The notes under the pieces: generated by a model
Databases searched by the model: none
What the model was told of the DNA's origin: nothing
Seen by the model: only the letters and a program-made list of their open reading frames with translations
NCBI GenBank assembly: GCA_029202485.1
Contig: CP119313.1
Location: 4,931,012-4,995,011 of the forward strand
Length of the DNA stretch: 64,000 bases
Direction of reading: 5' to 3'
DNA from: Candidatus Pedobacter colombiensis
GTDB taxonomy: Bacteria > Bacteroidota > Bacteroidia > Sphingobacteriales > Sphingobacteriaceae
Program-made: the position numbers and the translations under genes
Part shown: piece by piece, positions 38,341-48,508 of the stretch
Position numbering within the stretch: position 1 is the first letter of the stretch
How the letters are laid out: each line of letters begins with the position of its first letter

Positions 38341-40662
38341 TTACTTAAACATATTTTTCAATGCTTCCAGTTTCAATTGCAAATCCCCTTCAGGTAGCGG
38401 CTTCTCTTTTTGCCCCCCTTTATGCTGAGGCTTCGCCAATGGCTTTTTATGCTGATCCAGCTTTGAGAAAGACCTCGAAGCAGAGCTTTTAGCCCTTTCT
38501 CCCCCTCCTTTATGATCTTGTTTAGGTTTTGCCCCTACCTCTTTTTTCATAGACAGGGAAATCCTTTTACGTGTCACATCGACCTCAACTACGGTAACTT
38601 CTACCTTCTGATGCACTTTAACGACTTCATTGGCATTGGCAACAAACTTATCCGCAATCTGACTCGTATGCACCAAACCATCCTGATGTACACCTATATC
38701 AACAAATGCACCGAAATTGGTGATATTAGTCACAATACCCGGTAATTTCATTCCTACTTTCAGATCGGCAATTTCATTTACCCCATCAGTAAAGCTGAAC
38801 ACCTCGAACTGCTCACGCGGATCTCTTCCCGGTTTAGCCAGCTCAGCAAGAATATCATTTAAAGTTGGCAAGCCAATATCCTCACTTACATATTGCTGAG
38901 GCTTAATCTGCTTTTGCAACTCCGCATCTTTAACCAATTGGTTTACACTACAGTTTAAATCCCTCGCCATTTTATGAACCAAAGCATATCGCTCCGGATG
39001 CACACCACTAGCGTCTAAAGCCGCTTCAGCATTTCTAATCCTCAAGAAACCCGCAGCCTGCTCAAATGCTTTATCACCCAAACGTGGCACTTTCCTTAAG
39101 CTCTCGCGATTTTTAAATGCGCCATGTTCATTGCGATAATTTATGATGTTTTGTGCCAACTGAGGACCTAAACCAGACACGTAAGCCAATACTTGCTTAG
39201 AAGCAGTATTCAACTCCACACCTACCGCATTTACGCAGCTCATAACCGTATCATCAAGCGAAGCCTGTAACTTATTCTGGTCCACATCATGCTGATACTG
39301 CCCTACACCTATCGATTTAGGGTCAATCTTTACCAGTTCGGCCAATGGATCCATCAACCTGCGACCAATAGAGACTGCACCTCTTACGGTAATATCTTGT
39401 GTAGGAAACTCTTCCCGTGCCACTTCTGAGGCAGAATAAATAGATGCTCCGTTTTCACTCACCATTACCACCACAATGCCCGGAATATTTAATCCACGAA
39501 CAAAAACCTCAGTTTCCCTTCCGGCAGTACCATTACCGATGGCAACAGCTTCAATTTCATATTTGGCGCAAAGCTCCATCAGTTTCTCTGCTGCCTTTTT
39601 AACATTACCCTGCCCTGTGTGCGGGTAGATGGTTGTATTTTCTAACAATTTACCTTGTTTATCCAGGCACACCACTTTACATCCGGTACGGAAACCAGGA
39701 TCTATAGCCAGCACATTCTTCTGTCCCATTGGAGCAGCAAGCAATAGCTGACGGGCATTCTCGGCAAATACGCGGATTGCCTCCTCATCAGCCTTTTCTT
39801 TAGAAAGGTTTCTGATCTCGGTCTCCATTGCAGGGCCTAGTAAACGCTTATAACTATCCTGTACCGCCAGTTTAACCTCATCGGCACAGGCATTATGGCC
39901 TTTAACAAACTGACGTTCTAAAATATCAATTGCACCCTCTTCTGAAGGCATAGCATCCAGTTTCAAAATACCTTCATTTTCTCCTCTGCGGATAGCTAAA
40001 ACCCTATGCGACGGTGCCGTTTTTAGCGGCTCATCCCAATTAAAGTAATCCTTATATTTAACCCCTTCTTCTTCCTTGCCTTTGATTACTGCAGATTTAA
40101 AAGTGGCCTTTTGCTGAAAATAATTACGCATCGCGGTTCTTGCCTCCACGTTCTCATTTACGATCTCAGCAATGATATCCCTTGCCCCTGCCAATGCATC
40201 GGCTAAAGAAGTTACACCCAGCTCGTCATTTAAAAACTTACCAGCTTCTGTTTCCGGGGCTATCTTGCCTTGTTCCAGTAGAAATAATGCCAATGGCTCC
40301 AGCCCTTTTTTTCTGGCCTCAGAAGCTCTTGTTTTGCGCTTAGGCTTATATGGTAAATAAATATCCTCTATGGTAGCAATATTTGTTGCCGTATTAATCT
40401 GCGCTTCCAATTCTGGCGTAAGCTTGTCCAATGCTGCGAGGGCCTTTAAAATAGCTTCTCTACGCTTATCCAGTTCCCTCAATTGCTGAAACCTATCGCG
40501 GATACCTGCTACCTGTACCTCATCCAAACTCCCCGTAGCCTCTTTCCGGTAACGCGAAATAAATGGAACAGTTGCTCCTTCGTCTAATAATTCAATAGTA
40601 GCGATAACCTGTTTTTCCGTTACTGCTAACTCAGCAGCAATGATTTTAGAATGATTGCTCAT
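38341..40662 (-). CDS. tex: Tex family transcription accessory protein
   Basis: ATVPFISRYRKEATG, IDPGFRTGCK, HhH and S1 domains. Confidence 0.95.
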   Translation of the reverse strand: MSNHSKIIAAELAVTEKQVIATIELLDEGATVPFISRYRKEATGSLDEVQVAGIRDRFQQLRELDKRREAILKALAALDKLTPELEAQINTATNIATIEDIYLPYKPKRKTRASEARKKGLEPLALFLLEQGKIAPETEAGKFLNDELGVTSLADALAGARDIIAEIVNENVEARTAMRNYFQQKATFKSAVIKGKEEEGVKYKDYFNWDEPLKTAPSHRVLAIRRGENEGILKLDAMPSEEGAIDILERQFVKGHNACADEVKLAVQDSYKRLLGPAMETEIRNLSKEKADEEAIRVFAENARQLLLAAPMGQKNVLAIDPGFRTGCKVVCLDKQGKLLENTTIYPHTGQGNVKKAAEKLMELCAKYEIEAVAIGNGTAGRETEVFVRGLNIPGIVVVMVSENGASIYSASEVAREEFPTQDITVRGAVSIGRRLMDPLAELVKIDPKSIGVGQYQHDVDQNKLQASLDDTVMSCVNAVGVELNTASKQVLAYVSGLGPQLAQNIINYRNEHGAFKNRESLRKVPRLGDKAFEQAAGFLRIRNAEAALDASGVHPERYALVHKMARDLNCSVNQLVKDAELQKQIKPQQYVSEDIGLPTLNDILAELAKPGRDPREQFEVFSFTDGVNEIADLKVGMKLPGIVTNITNFGAFVDIGVHQDGLVHTSQIADKFVANANEVVKVHQKVEVTVVEVDVTRKRISLSMKKEVGAKPKQDHKGGGERAKSSASRSFSKLDQHKKPLAKPQHKGGQKEKPLPEGDLQLKLEALKNMFK

Positions 40663-40746
40663 TTATATTTTATTTGATCTCCCAACGTACAATTGCCGCC
40701 AAAAATAAACCTAACAATTGACATCCTAAAATAAATTATGGTTAAC

Positions 40747-40777
40747 AAAAAAATCCTGCCGGTATTACCGACAGGAT
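40747..40777 (-). terminator. Intrinsic terminator of pdhB
   Basis: ATCCTGTCGGT-aat-ACCGGCAGGAT followed by a T tract on the minus strand. Confidence 0.75.
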
Positions 40778-40813
40778 CATATCATCATGTGCTTATAAAA
40801 GCAACAGTAGTTT

Positions 40814-41800
40814 CTATTTATTAACGTACATTACCTCTTTAACTGCTTTTATCACCTTTTCAGCGTTAGGTAAGCTAGCCGCGATAAGCGTAGGAGCATA
40901 AGGCAACGGTACATCAGCACAAGTAATGCGCAATACAGGAGCATCTAAATAATCAAAAGCATTCTTTTGAACGTTAAATGCAATCTCAGAAGAAATTGAA
41001 GCCAGTGGCCATGCTTCTTCTACAACCACCAAACGGTTGGTTTTCTTAACAGACTCAATGATTGTTGCATAATCAATAGGACGTACAGTACGTAAGTCAA
41101 TCACCTCAACACTAATTCCGTCCTTAGTCAATTCCTCAACCGCAGGGTTTACCACACGGGTAAGCATTTTACCAAAAGTAACAATGGTTACATCAGTACC
41201 TTCTTTAACCACATTAGCTTTACCGATTGGCAAGTAATACTCCTCTTCAGGAACCTCACCTTTATCACCGTACATTACTTCCGACTCCATGAAAATAACT
41301 GGATCTGGATCAAGAATAGCTTGTTTAAGCAATCCTTTAGCTTCATAAGGCGTAGAAGGAACTACAACTTTTAAACCCGGACAGTTGGCATACCAGTTCT
41401 CAAAATTCTGAGAGTGCTGCGCACCTAACTGACCTGCATTACCGGTTGGGCCACGGAATACGATTGGAACAGGAAACTGTCCACCACTCATAGACAACAT
41501 TTTAGCTGCACCATTAATGATCTGATCTATAGCAACCAGAGAGAAGTTAAAAGTCATAAACTCTACAACCGGAGTTAATCCGTTCATTGCAGCACCTATA
41601 GCAATACCGGCAAAGCCTAATTCAGCAATTGGTGTATCAATTACACGTTTATCGCCAAACTCGTCAAGCATACCCTGACTAACTTTATAAGCGCCATTGT
41701 ATTGCGCAACTTCCTCGCCCATAAGGAAAACGTTTTCATTTTTACGCATTTCTTCGCTTAAGGCTTCACGCAAAGCTTCTCTAAATTGAATCTCTCTCAT
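40814..41800 (-). CDS. pdhB: Pyruvate dehydrogenase E1 beta subunit
   Basis: MREIQFREAL, DTPIAE, GAQHSQ and VIDLRT motifs; -7 box TATATTTG at 41825-41832. Confidence 0.96.
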   Translation of the reverse strand: MREIQFREALREALSEEMRKNENVFLMGEEVAQYNGAYKVSQGMLDEFGDKRVIDTPIAELGFAGIAIGAAMNGLTPVVEFMTFNFSLVAIDQIINGAAKMLSMSGGQFPVPIVFRGPTGNAGQLGAQHSQNFENWYANCPGLKVVVPSTPYEAKGLLKQAILDPDPVIFMESEVMYGDKGEVPEEEYYLPIGKANVVKEGTDVTIVTFGKMLTRVVNPAVEELTKDGISVEVIDLRTVRPIDYATIIESVKKTNRLVVVEEAWPLASISSEIAFNVQKNAFDYLDAPVLRITCADVPLPYAPTLIAASLPNAEKVIKAVKEVMYVNK

Positions 41801-41909
41801 TGTATATTCAAATATTAACTGCGACAAATATAAGTATTGTAATGCAATTATAAAGGAGTGTTTTAATTACACTTTAGAAGCCTCAAATCGGCTAAAATAA
41901 TTTGGCATT

Positions 41910-44825
41910 TTACATTCCGCACAAAGTTAAATATGGAGAAAACGCGAAACCAGCTTCATTCTCTGTGGGCACAAAGGGCTTAGTTTCATCAAACAACTCT
42001 GCAAGTTTAGCCTCAAGGAAACCAATAAACTCCTCTTTTATGCTTTCCAGCTTTACCCCATTCAGCTTTAACTTCTCTTTCCCCTCTATAAAAAATGTCC
42101 CATCCTTACGCATATTACGGATGCTATATAGGTTAGGCTCAACTCTTTCAATTCCATTTGCCTGTTCAAAAACATAAGTATAAAATAGTGTCTGGATTAA
42201 GGCCTTGTTCTGTTTATTGCTATTGGTATCAAAAACATCGGCCAGATTACTGTAACGCAAAATATCACTCCCCGTTTTATAATCTACGATCCGTGTAATC
42301 CCGTTTTTACGGTCTATCCGATCGATAATTCCATGCAAAATGATGGTTTGCACTCCCCCATTAACCTTAAACTTAAAATCAACCTTATCTTTTTTTTCTA
42401 AGGCCAAAATCTCAAAAGGGGCTTCATTCTCATCATAATCCAGGATCAAATTGGCATATTCTTCAACGATAGCCAACACAACCTTCTGCATTCCATTATG
42501 GTTTACCTGGTGGTTTTCATTTTCAAACATCACCTGAGCAAAGGCTTTTACCGCCAGCTCAGGCACTTTCTTACGGTATTCTGCTATCCGATGTTTGGTT
42601 ATTTCCTTATCCTCGACCATTAGATCTCTATAAAAGGTTTCCAGCACATAATGCAACATAGAGCCAATATAATTGGCTTCCAGGTTTTCCGAAATCTCCT
42701 CCGGCTCCTCTATCTTAGCAACATATTTATAAAAAAACTGCAAAGGACAATTCACGTAGGAAGTTAAGGCCGAAGCAGATAACTGTGCTTCACCTGTCAG
42801 ATATTTATTCAGCACAGCCATAACATTCTTATCCTTATGGATGATGACCGGCACCTTTTTCTCAGTAGAGATACTTTGCTTATGCTCCAGGTAATTAAAG
42901 CTATAACCACTTTCGTATTCGAGCTGCCTCAAAAAGCGGGTTGGTTCCCCAGTATTGGTATCATCCGCCTGTGCATTATAAACCAAACTCACTTTGCCCG
43001 AACGCTGCAGCAAGCGGTAAAACATATAAGCCGAAATGGCATCTTGATTTTCAAGAACCGGCAATCCATAAGCCCTGCGAATGCTATCCGGAATAAAACT
43101 CGGCGAAACACTGGCTTGAGGCAACAACCCCTCATTCACACCTAAAATGTATACCTGTTCAAAATCGAGACTTCTGCTTTCCAGCAATCCCATGACCTGA
43201 ATCCCCTGAAGCGGTTCTCCTGATAAAGGAACCGCAATTCCCTGCACTGCCTTTTGAATAAGAGACAGAATAAATGACAATTCCTTCGGGCTACTTAAAA
43301 CTGGCAAATAGGCATTTAAAGCATCGTGCAACCTGTTAAGCTCTTTAATGGTAGCCACAAACAAATCAGCCTCCGTTTGACGCAATGTTTTACCAGCCAA
43401 CTGCTGTTCAAGAATATGTTTAAAAATGGCCTGCAGGGTATCGGTCGCTTCGGCACCATTTTTAACTTTGGTAAAGAACATCGCCAATAGCCCTTTTTGG
43501 CTCTGCAACCTCGTTAAAGGCACTTCTGCCAATTGCTCGGCCAACAGCTTTTGCTGAATCTTACTGCGCATAAGCTCAGTAATTCCCGTGAGTGGATGAG
43601 ACAAAAAGGCTTCAACCTCACGGTGATACACCGTATCCTTTTCACCTTGAATCAATTGTGCTTGCACACTTAACCACAAATCGGCCAACCCAAAAATGGA
43701 AGAAGCCACCAATGGATACCCCATTGTAACATTGATATTTATAGGATGCTTTATGTCACCTTCAAAATAATGAGTCGGGATAGTTTGTAATACCGGTAAC
43801 AGCAAGCTTTCATCCGCAAGGATAAGAGCAATCTTGCCTGCATTATTTTCTGCTTTTAATAATGGATAATCCGCCTGAAGTGCGGCACTTAGTATTTTTG
43901 CCTGGGCAACCTGTCCCTGGGTCTTATAAACATTTACAGTTTTAGGATTTGCTTTGATGAGATCCCTGCTTGCGCCCAAAGCATTCAGCAAACCATTCAC
44001 TTCAAGATTTTTTCTTAAAAACAGCCCCGCCTCTTGCAAGGTATCTTTTACATAATAGGCATCCGTATCAAAATAAAACAAAGTTTTAGTCTGCTCCTGC
44101 CAACGTTTAAATACCACGGCTTCTGCCCTACTTAAAGCATTAAAGCCTACAAATACCAGTTTACCATAAGCATCTGTAAAGTTGGGCAGCCCTGCTTTCC
44201 CTTCAGCAAGCTGTCGGTAAATATGCCCCATAGTAGTCAGCCCCTTCTCCTTTAATGCCTCATGATAGCCATGATACAGATCCGGCATTCGTCCCCACAT
44301 TTTTATAAACTGCTCCTGCTGCTTTTTATGTTTGCCTTCGGAATAAGAACTCCAAAAACCTCTTAAAAACTCCTGCTGCTCTTCACTTAAATAATCAAAC
44401 TGATAATCTACCTCAGCAAAATTTTCCAGTTGTTCAAATAGCTTTTTGGCATTCACCAGATCATTATCTATTTGAGCAAAATCACTTAAAATAATCCGGG
44501 CAACGGGATAAAACTTAGCCGGCTCTATTTTGGTTTCACCATTTTGCAATACCAGTTCATTGTATTTCTGGTATAAAGTAAAAAACTGCGTAAAAGCATC
44601 GGCCACCTTCAGTTCGGAAGACAAGGCAAAAAATTCCTGGATGGTAAAGAAAGATGGACTCCAGAAGGGCTTATTGATGATTTTTGCCAAATGATCCTGT
44701 AAGTAGGCCACCGGACGTTTATTGTTGAAAATAATGGCCGCATTTTGCAAATTATCACTAAGCCGTGCTACCAAATCCTCAGCTACCTCTCTTAAAAATG
44801 GTTTCATATTTAATTCCTTACTCAT
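41910..44825 (-). CDS. addB: AddB/RexB-like subunit with C-terminal PD-(D/E)xK nuclease
   Basis: Degenerate helicase body (GLLESRSLDF, GVNEG) and nuclease GIIDRID...IVDYKTG; coupled to addA. Confidence 0.85.
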   Translation of the reverse strand: MSKELNMKPFLREVAEDLVARLSDNLQNAAIIFNNKRPVAYLQDHLAKIINKPFWSPSFFTIQEFFALSSELKVADAFTQFFTLYQKYNELVLQNGETKIEPAKFYPVARIILSDFAQIDNDLVNAKKLFEQLENFAEVDYQFDYLSEEQQEFLRGFWSSYSEGKHKKQQEQFIKMWGRMPDLYHGYHEALKEKGLTTMGHIYRQLAEGKAGLPNFTDAYGKLVFVGFNALSRAEAVVFKRWQEQTKTLFYFDTDAYYVKDTLQEAGLFLRKNLEVNGLLNALGASRDLIKANPKTVNVYKTQGQVAQAKILSAALQADYPLLKAENNAGKIALILADESLLLPVLQTIPTHYFEGDIKHPININVTMGYPLVASSIFGLADLWLSVQAQLIQGEKDTVYHREVEAFLSHPLTGITELMRSKIQQKLLAEQLAEVPLTRLQSQKGLLAMFFTKVKNGAEATDTLQAIFKHILEQQLAGKTLRQTEADLFVATIKELNRLHDALNAYLPVLSSPKELSFILSLIQKAVQGIAVPLSGEPLQGIQVMGLLESRSLDFEQVYILGVNEGLLPQASVSPSFIPDSIRRAYGLPVLENQDAISAYMFYRLLQRSGKVSLVYNAQADDTNTGEPTRFLRQLEYESGYSFNYLEHKQSISTEKKVPVIIHKDKNVMAVLNKYLTGEAQLSASALTSYVNCPLQFFYKYVAKIEEPEEISENLEANYIGSMLHYVLETFYRDLMVEDKEITKHRIAEYRKKVPELAVKAFAQVMFENENHQVNHNGMQKVVLAIVEEYANLILDYDENEAPFEILALEKKDKVDFKFKVNGGVQTIILHGIIDRIDRKNGITRIVDYKTGSDILRYSNLADVFDTNSNKQNKALIQTLFYTYVFEQANGIERVEPNLYSIRNMRKDGTFFIEGKEKLKLNGVKLESIKEEFIGFLEAKLAELFDETKPFVPTENEAGFAFSPYLTLCGM

Positions 44826-44826
44826 C

Positions 44827-47800
44827 CTAAACCAATTTTAATTGTCCGCTTAGCGCATAAAACAAATAGGTTTTTACATTCGTATAACCCATAGCCATCA
44901 ATAGGGCTCTATAGTGACTAACCTGCTCAATATGTTTATCGCTTTCCTGCTGTGTAAATTTATAATCAATTACAGTTACCTCATTGCCGCTTACCAGTAC
45001 CTTATCGGGCCGGTAACTTTTGCCTTTGGCATCTATAATACTGCGTTCATTTAAACTCTGTTCGCTTTTACCCAAAATATCTTGCAAGCCTTTGTGCTGT
45101 AAAACGGCAATAGCCTGCGCTTTTAAAAACGGCAATTCTTCCTCCTTAAAAACACCATCCAGCAATAACGTCTGCAAAACAGCATCCACATCTGCAACAC
45201 CCCTAGCTTCAGCCAGTACCTCATGTAGAATTGTACCCGTCCTACCGGCGCTTTCACCTGTTAGCAGATCTATTTCCCTCCGCTTTAAGTTGGCATCGAA
45301 CACCTGGCTCAACCGGTCAGAGACCGGATAATGCTCCATTTCTATCTGTTGAACAGGACTGTTTTTTTCAGGTTGATCAGGCACTATACCATCGATCATG
45401 TAATTACCTTCCTCTGAAAGCTGATCAGCAAAAACCTTACCCAGTAAATCACCAATATTGGTAATCGTGTCTGTCTTTTTCCCCATGGTGCTGATGTACA
45501 AATATTCTTTTGAGCGGGTCGTAGCCACATAAAGCATATTCAAAGCATCCATATTGTTATAAAGCAGCTCCTCAAAGTAAGGTTTGGCTACGCTTGAACG
45601 ACCAAGGTCCTTATTGTATTTTAAAGGAATGCTGTGCAAATGATGATAAGGAGTATCTGTTGCAGGAACCCAGAAAATGCCATTAGGCTTCCCATTAATG
45701 TCCCAATTACAAAATGGCAGCATTACAGCCCTAAATGCCAAACCTTTAGATTTATGAATGGTGATAACCTGCACAGCATCTGCATTATCCGGTGAAGGTA
45801 AAGTCTTCCTTGCCCCCTCTTCGTCCCAAAAAGCTAAAAAAGCTGCAATACCTCGCTCCCCGTGTAAAGCAAAACTTCCCATTAAATCGCGCAAAGCAAA
45901 CAAATAGGGCAAATTGGTAACATTTCTGCTTTCGCCTAAACCATAGGCAGCAATAATTTTTTCCAGCAGGGCAGGCAGGGGCTGCTGTATCCAGGTTTGC
46001 CAATGCGCACAAAGGTCAGCAGGCAATAGATCAGCAAGCTGTGTCAGGTTTTTAAACTTTAACGAGAAATAATGATGAGGTTCAACAGCTTTCTGCTGCA
46101 GTCTCGCATACAGACTAATACAATTTGCCTTATACAAAGCGGTATTTTCAGACAATCCGCCCATTACCTGCAATGTATTGATGATTAATTTTACTGCACT
46201 GTTGTTATTCAACAGTAACGCTTCTCCCGAAATCACATCAACACCTTGATCCATCAGTGCCTCCACCGCAGCTACAGCTTCCGAATTAGAACGTACCAAT
46301 ACGCAAATGTCCTTCGGTTTGTAATTTTTATCCTTGATAAGGATGTCCAGCTCTGCCATCATCTTAGACAGCGCCAAATCCCTGAAAGTAGTTTTAGTTA
46401 ATGTATTGCCTTCCGGATCCTCCTTTAAAACATTAAAATTAATGGTTCCCCCATCCAATGTAAATGGAGTCGTTTTCTGTTCTGCCTCGGCATAAACATC
46501 CGTTACAATATGATCAAATCCCTGTCCCTGCCACCAGTTTAAAACCTCAGCAACATCCTGTTCAGCAATCGTCCCATTTAAATTGACCTGCATCAGTTGC
46601 GGCAATTTTTTAAACAAATAATTATTGAATTGAATGATGTTCTGCGTACTCCGATAGTTCTCTTCCAAACTATCTTCCAGTACATTTTCCGCTCTGACAT
46701 CCGCCTTTGCCTGCTGATGAAGAATATTCCAATCGCCATTGCGCCAACGATAGATAGACTGTTTAGTATCGCCTACAATCAAATGATCTATCAATTTTTC
46801 ACTCGGCGATGCAATAGCATTGCTGAGCAACGATTTAAAACTCCCCCACTGATTAGCAGAAGTATCCTGAAACTCATCAAACAGAAAATTACGGTACCTG
46901 TTACCCATCTTTTCCCAAATGAAAGACGGGTTATCGTCTGCATCATCCGTTATACCCTTTAATAAGGTCTGGGCATCACTGATTAACAAATTAGGGCTTT
47001 CATCCCTATAATCCTTTAATAAAACAGCCATCTCCTGCATCAACCGCAGGTAATATAAATTCTTATTGAACGCCTGAGCAAGCAAATAACCCGCCAGGCC
47101 ATCCTGATAAACATGGAGCAATTTTGACAAAACAGGATTTAGCTCCGAATAAGCACCACTTTCCTCTCCTTTCTGAAACCACTCTTCCGGTTGATCTACC
47201 AACTTTGCAAGGCTGGTTATTTTACTTAAATCGCCACCGACAATTTTTGGCAGATTGTTTAAGGGCGAGCGTGACTTACCTTTTAAGCTGGATACTTCTA
47301 TTCCCTCCACCTCAAAGATTTGCTGTACCTGCTCAGCAAGTTCCTTAATGGTACTTTCGAAGGCCTCTATTCCAAACCGGGTAACCTTATTGTAATCCTT
47401 AAAAAGTGCATCCAGATCTGCCGATTCCCCCAACTCCTTAATTGCGTTTTCGAAAGGTTGATACCGCTCTTTAAAAATCTCATTGGTTAGATCAATCAGT
47501 TCTCTACGGTAATTCCAGCTCAAATTATTATTGATACGATCTAAAGCGAGGTCAATAATCCATTGCAATAAAACAGGGTTTTTATCCAATGCTTTATCCA
47601 AACGCTCAGCCAGCTCATTTTTTACCTTATCATAATTCATCTCCAGGCCGTAACCTGCATCCAAACCCAGCTCAAAGGCAAAACCCCGGATCACTTTTTG
47701 CACAAAACCATCAATGGTACTGACCGAGAAACGGCCATAATCATGCAAAATCTTGCGGTATATCTTATCGGATCTATGTTTTAAACTTATCGCATCCAGC

Positions 47801-48054
47801 TCGGGGTGTGCTTTTAAAACAATCTCCCTGTAGTCGCTGATTTTTTTTGAAGGATCACCTTCAGCAAAGCCCTTTAACACCTCCATTATCCGGCTTTTCA
47901 TCTCTTCTGTAGCTTTATTTGTAAAAGTTACAGCCAGAATTTCGCGATACTTGGTTTCGCCCGACAACAACAGGGTTAAATAATGCGCTGTTAAACTGAA
48001 TGTTTTACCAGATCCGGCAGATGCTTGTAATATTTTTAAAGGCTGTTGAGGCAT
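44827..48054 (-). CDS. addA: AddA/RexA UvrD-family helicase-nuclease
   Basis: ASAGSGKT, TFTNKA, DEFQDT, VGDTKQSIYRWR, TIHKSKGL, YVATTR and C-terminal IDYK motifs. Confidence 0.92.
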   Translation of the reverse strand: MPQQPLKILQASAGSGKTFSLTAHYLTLLLSGETKYREILAVTFTNKATEEMKSRIMEVLKGFAEGDPSKKISDYREIVLKAHPELDAISLKHRSDKIYRKILHDYGRFSVSTIDGFVQKVIRGFAFELGLDAGYGLEMNYDKVKNELAERLDKALDKNPVLLQWIIDLALDRINNNLSWNYRRELIDLTNEIFKERYQPFENAIKELGESADLDALFKDYNKVTRFGIEAFESTIKELAEQVQQIFEVEGIEVSSLKGKSRSPLNNLPKIVGGDLSKITSLAKLVDQPEEWFQKGEESGAYSELNPVLSKLLHVYQDGLAGYLLAQAFNKNLYYLRLMQEMAVLLKDYRDESPNLLISDAQTLLKGITDDADDNPSFIWEKMGNRYRNFLFDEFQDTSANQWGSFKSLLSNAIASPSEKLIDHLIVGDTKQSIYRWRNGDWNILHQQAKADVRAENVLEDSLEENYRSTQNIIQFNNYLFKKLPQLMQVNLNGTIAEQDVAEVLNWWQGQGFDHIVTDVYAEAEQKTTPFTLDGGTINFNVLKEDPEGNTLTKTTFRDLALSKMMAELDILIKDKNYKPKDICVLVRSNSEAVAAVEALMDQGVDVISGEALLLNNNSAVKLIINTLQVMGGLSENTALYKANCISLYARLQQKAVEPHHYFSLKFKNLTQLADLLPADLCAHWQTWIQQPLPALLEKIIAAYGLGESRNVTNLPYLFALRDLMGSFALHGERGIAAFLAFWDEEGARKTLPSPDNADAVQVITIHKSKGLAFRAVMLPFCNWDINGKPNGIFWVPATDTPYHHLHSIPLKYNKDLGRSSVAKPYFEELLYNNMDALNMLYVATTRSKEYLYISTMGKKTDTITNIGDLLGKVFADQLSEEGNYMIDGIVPDQPEKNSPVQQIEMEHYPVSDRLSQVFDANLKRREIDLLTGESAGRTGTILHEVLAEARGVADVDAVLQTLLLDGVFKEEELPFLKAQAIAVLQHKGLQDILGKSEQSLNERSIIDAKGKSYRPDKVLVSGNEVTVIDYKFTQQESDKHIEQVSHYRALLMAMGYTNVKTYLFYALSGQLKLV

Positions 48055-48232
48055 TAGGTAAAGCTATTAATATTTTACAACATCGGCAGATAAAATAATC
48101 GTTTGGCTGCCCTATCCTCATAAAGGCTACCGAGAGATCGGGCTTTTAAGACCTGAATACTAGCTTATTCGGGAATTATAATTATCATTGCTGCTGAAAG
48201 TCCGTAAATTTATTGCACAGGCATATAAAGAA

Positions 48233-48506
48233 ATGAACGATTATCAGAAATACAGTGATGCTGATCTTGTTACGCTTTTGCGTTCGAGTGACGATACTGC
48301 GTTCATGGAAATTTATGACCGCTACAAGTTTATTATATGCTTTTGCTTACCGCAAGCTCCAGAACAAACAGGAATCAGAGGATGTGGTTCGGGAACATAT
48401 AGCATCGCATAAACTACAGATCGATGTAGACACAGTAAATGCTTCTTTCCATTTGAAAAAGAAACTGGGCATCATCATTTTTGTGGTTTATGTTTTAAAC
48501 AAATAA
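48233..48506 (+). pseudogene. ECF sigma-70 factor remnant (frameshift plus large internal deletion)
   Basis: MNDYQKYSDADLVTLLRSSDDTAFMEIYDRYK shifts frame near 48330 into LYAFAYRKLQNKQESEDVV, then jumps to region-4-like IASHKLQIDVDTVN...LKKKLG; only about 90 codons. Confidence 0.8.
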
Positions 48507-48508
48507 AA

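Noticed and set aside
41910-48054. Helicase-nuclease pair as a novel defence system
   Set aside because: Size, motifs and arrangement match housekeeping AddAB. Only the loss of the Fe-S ligands is unusual.
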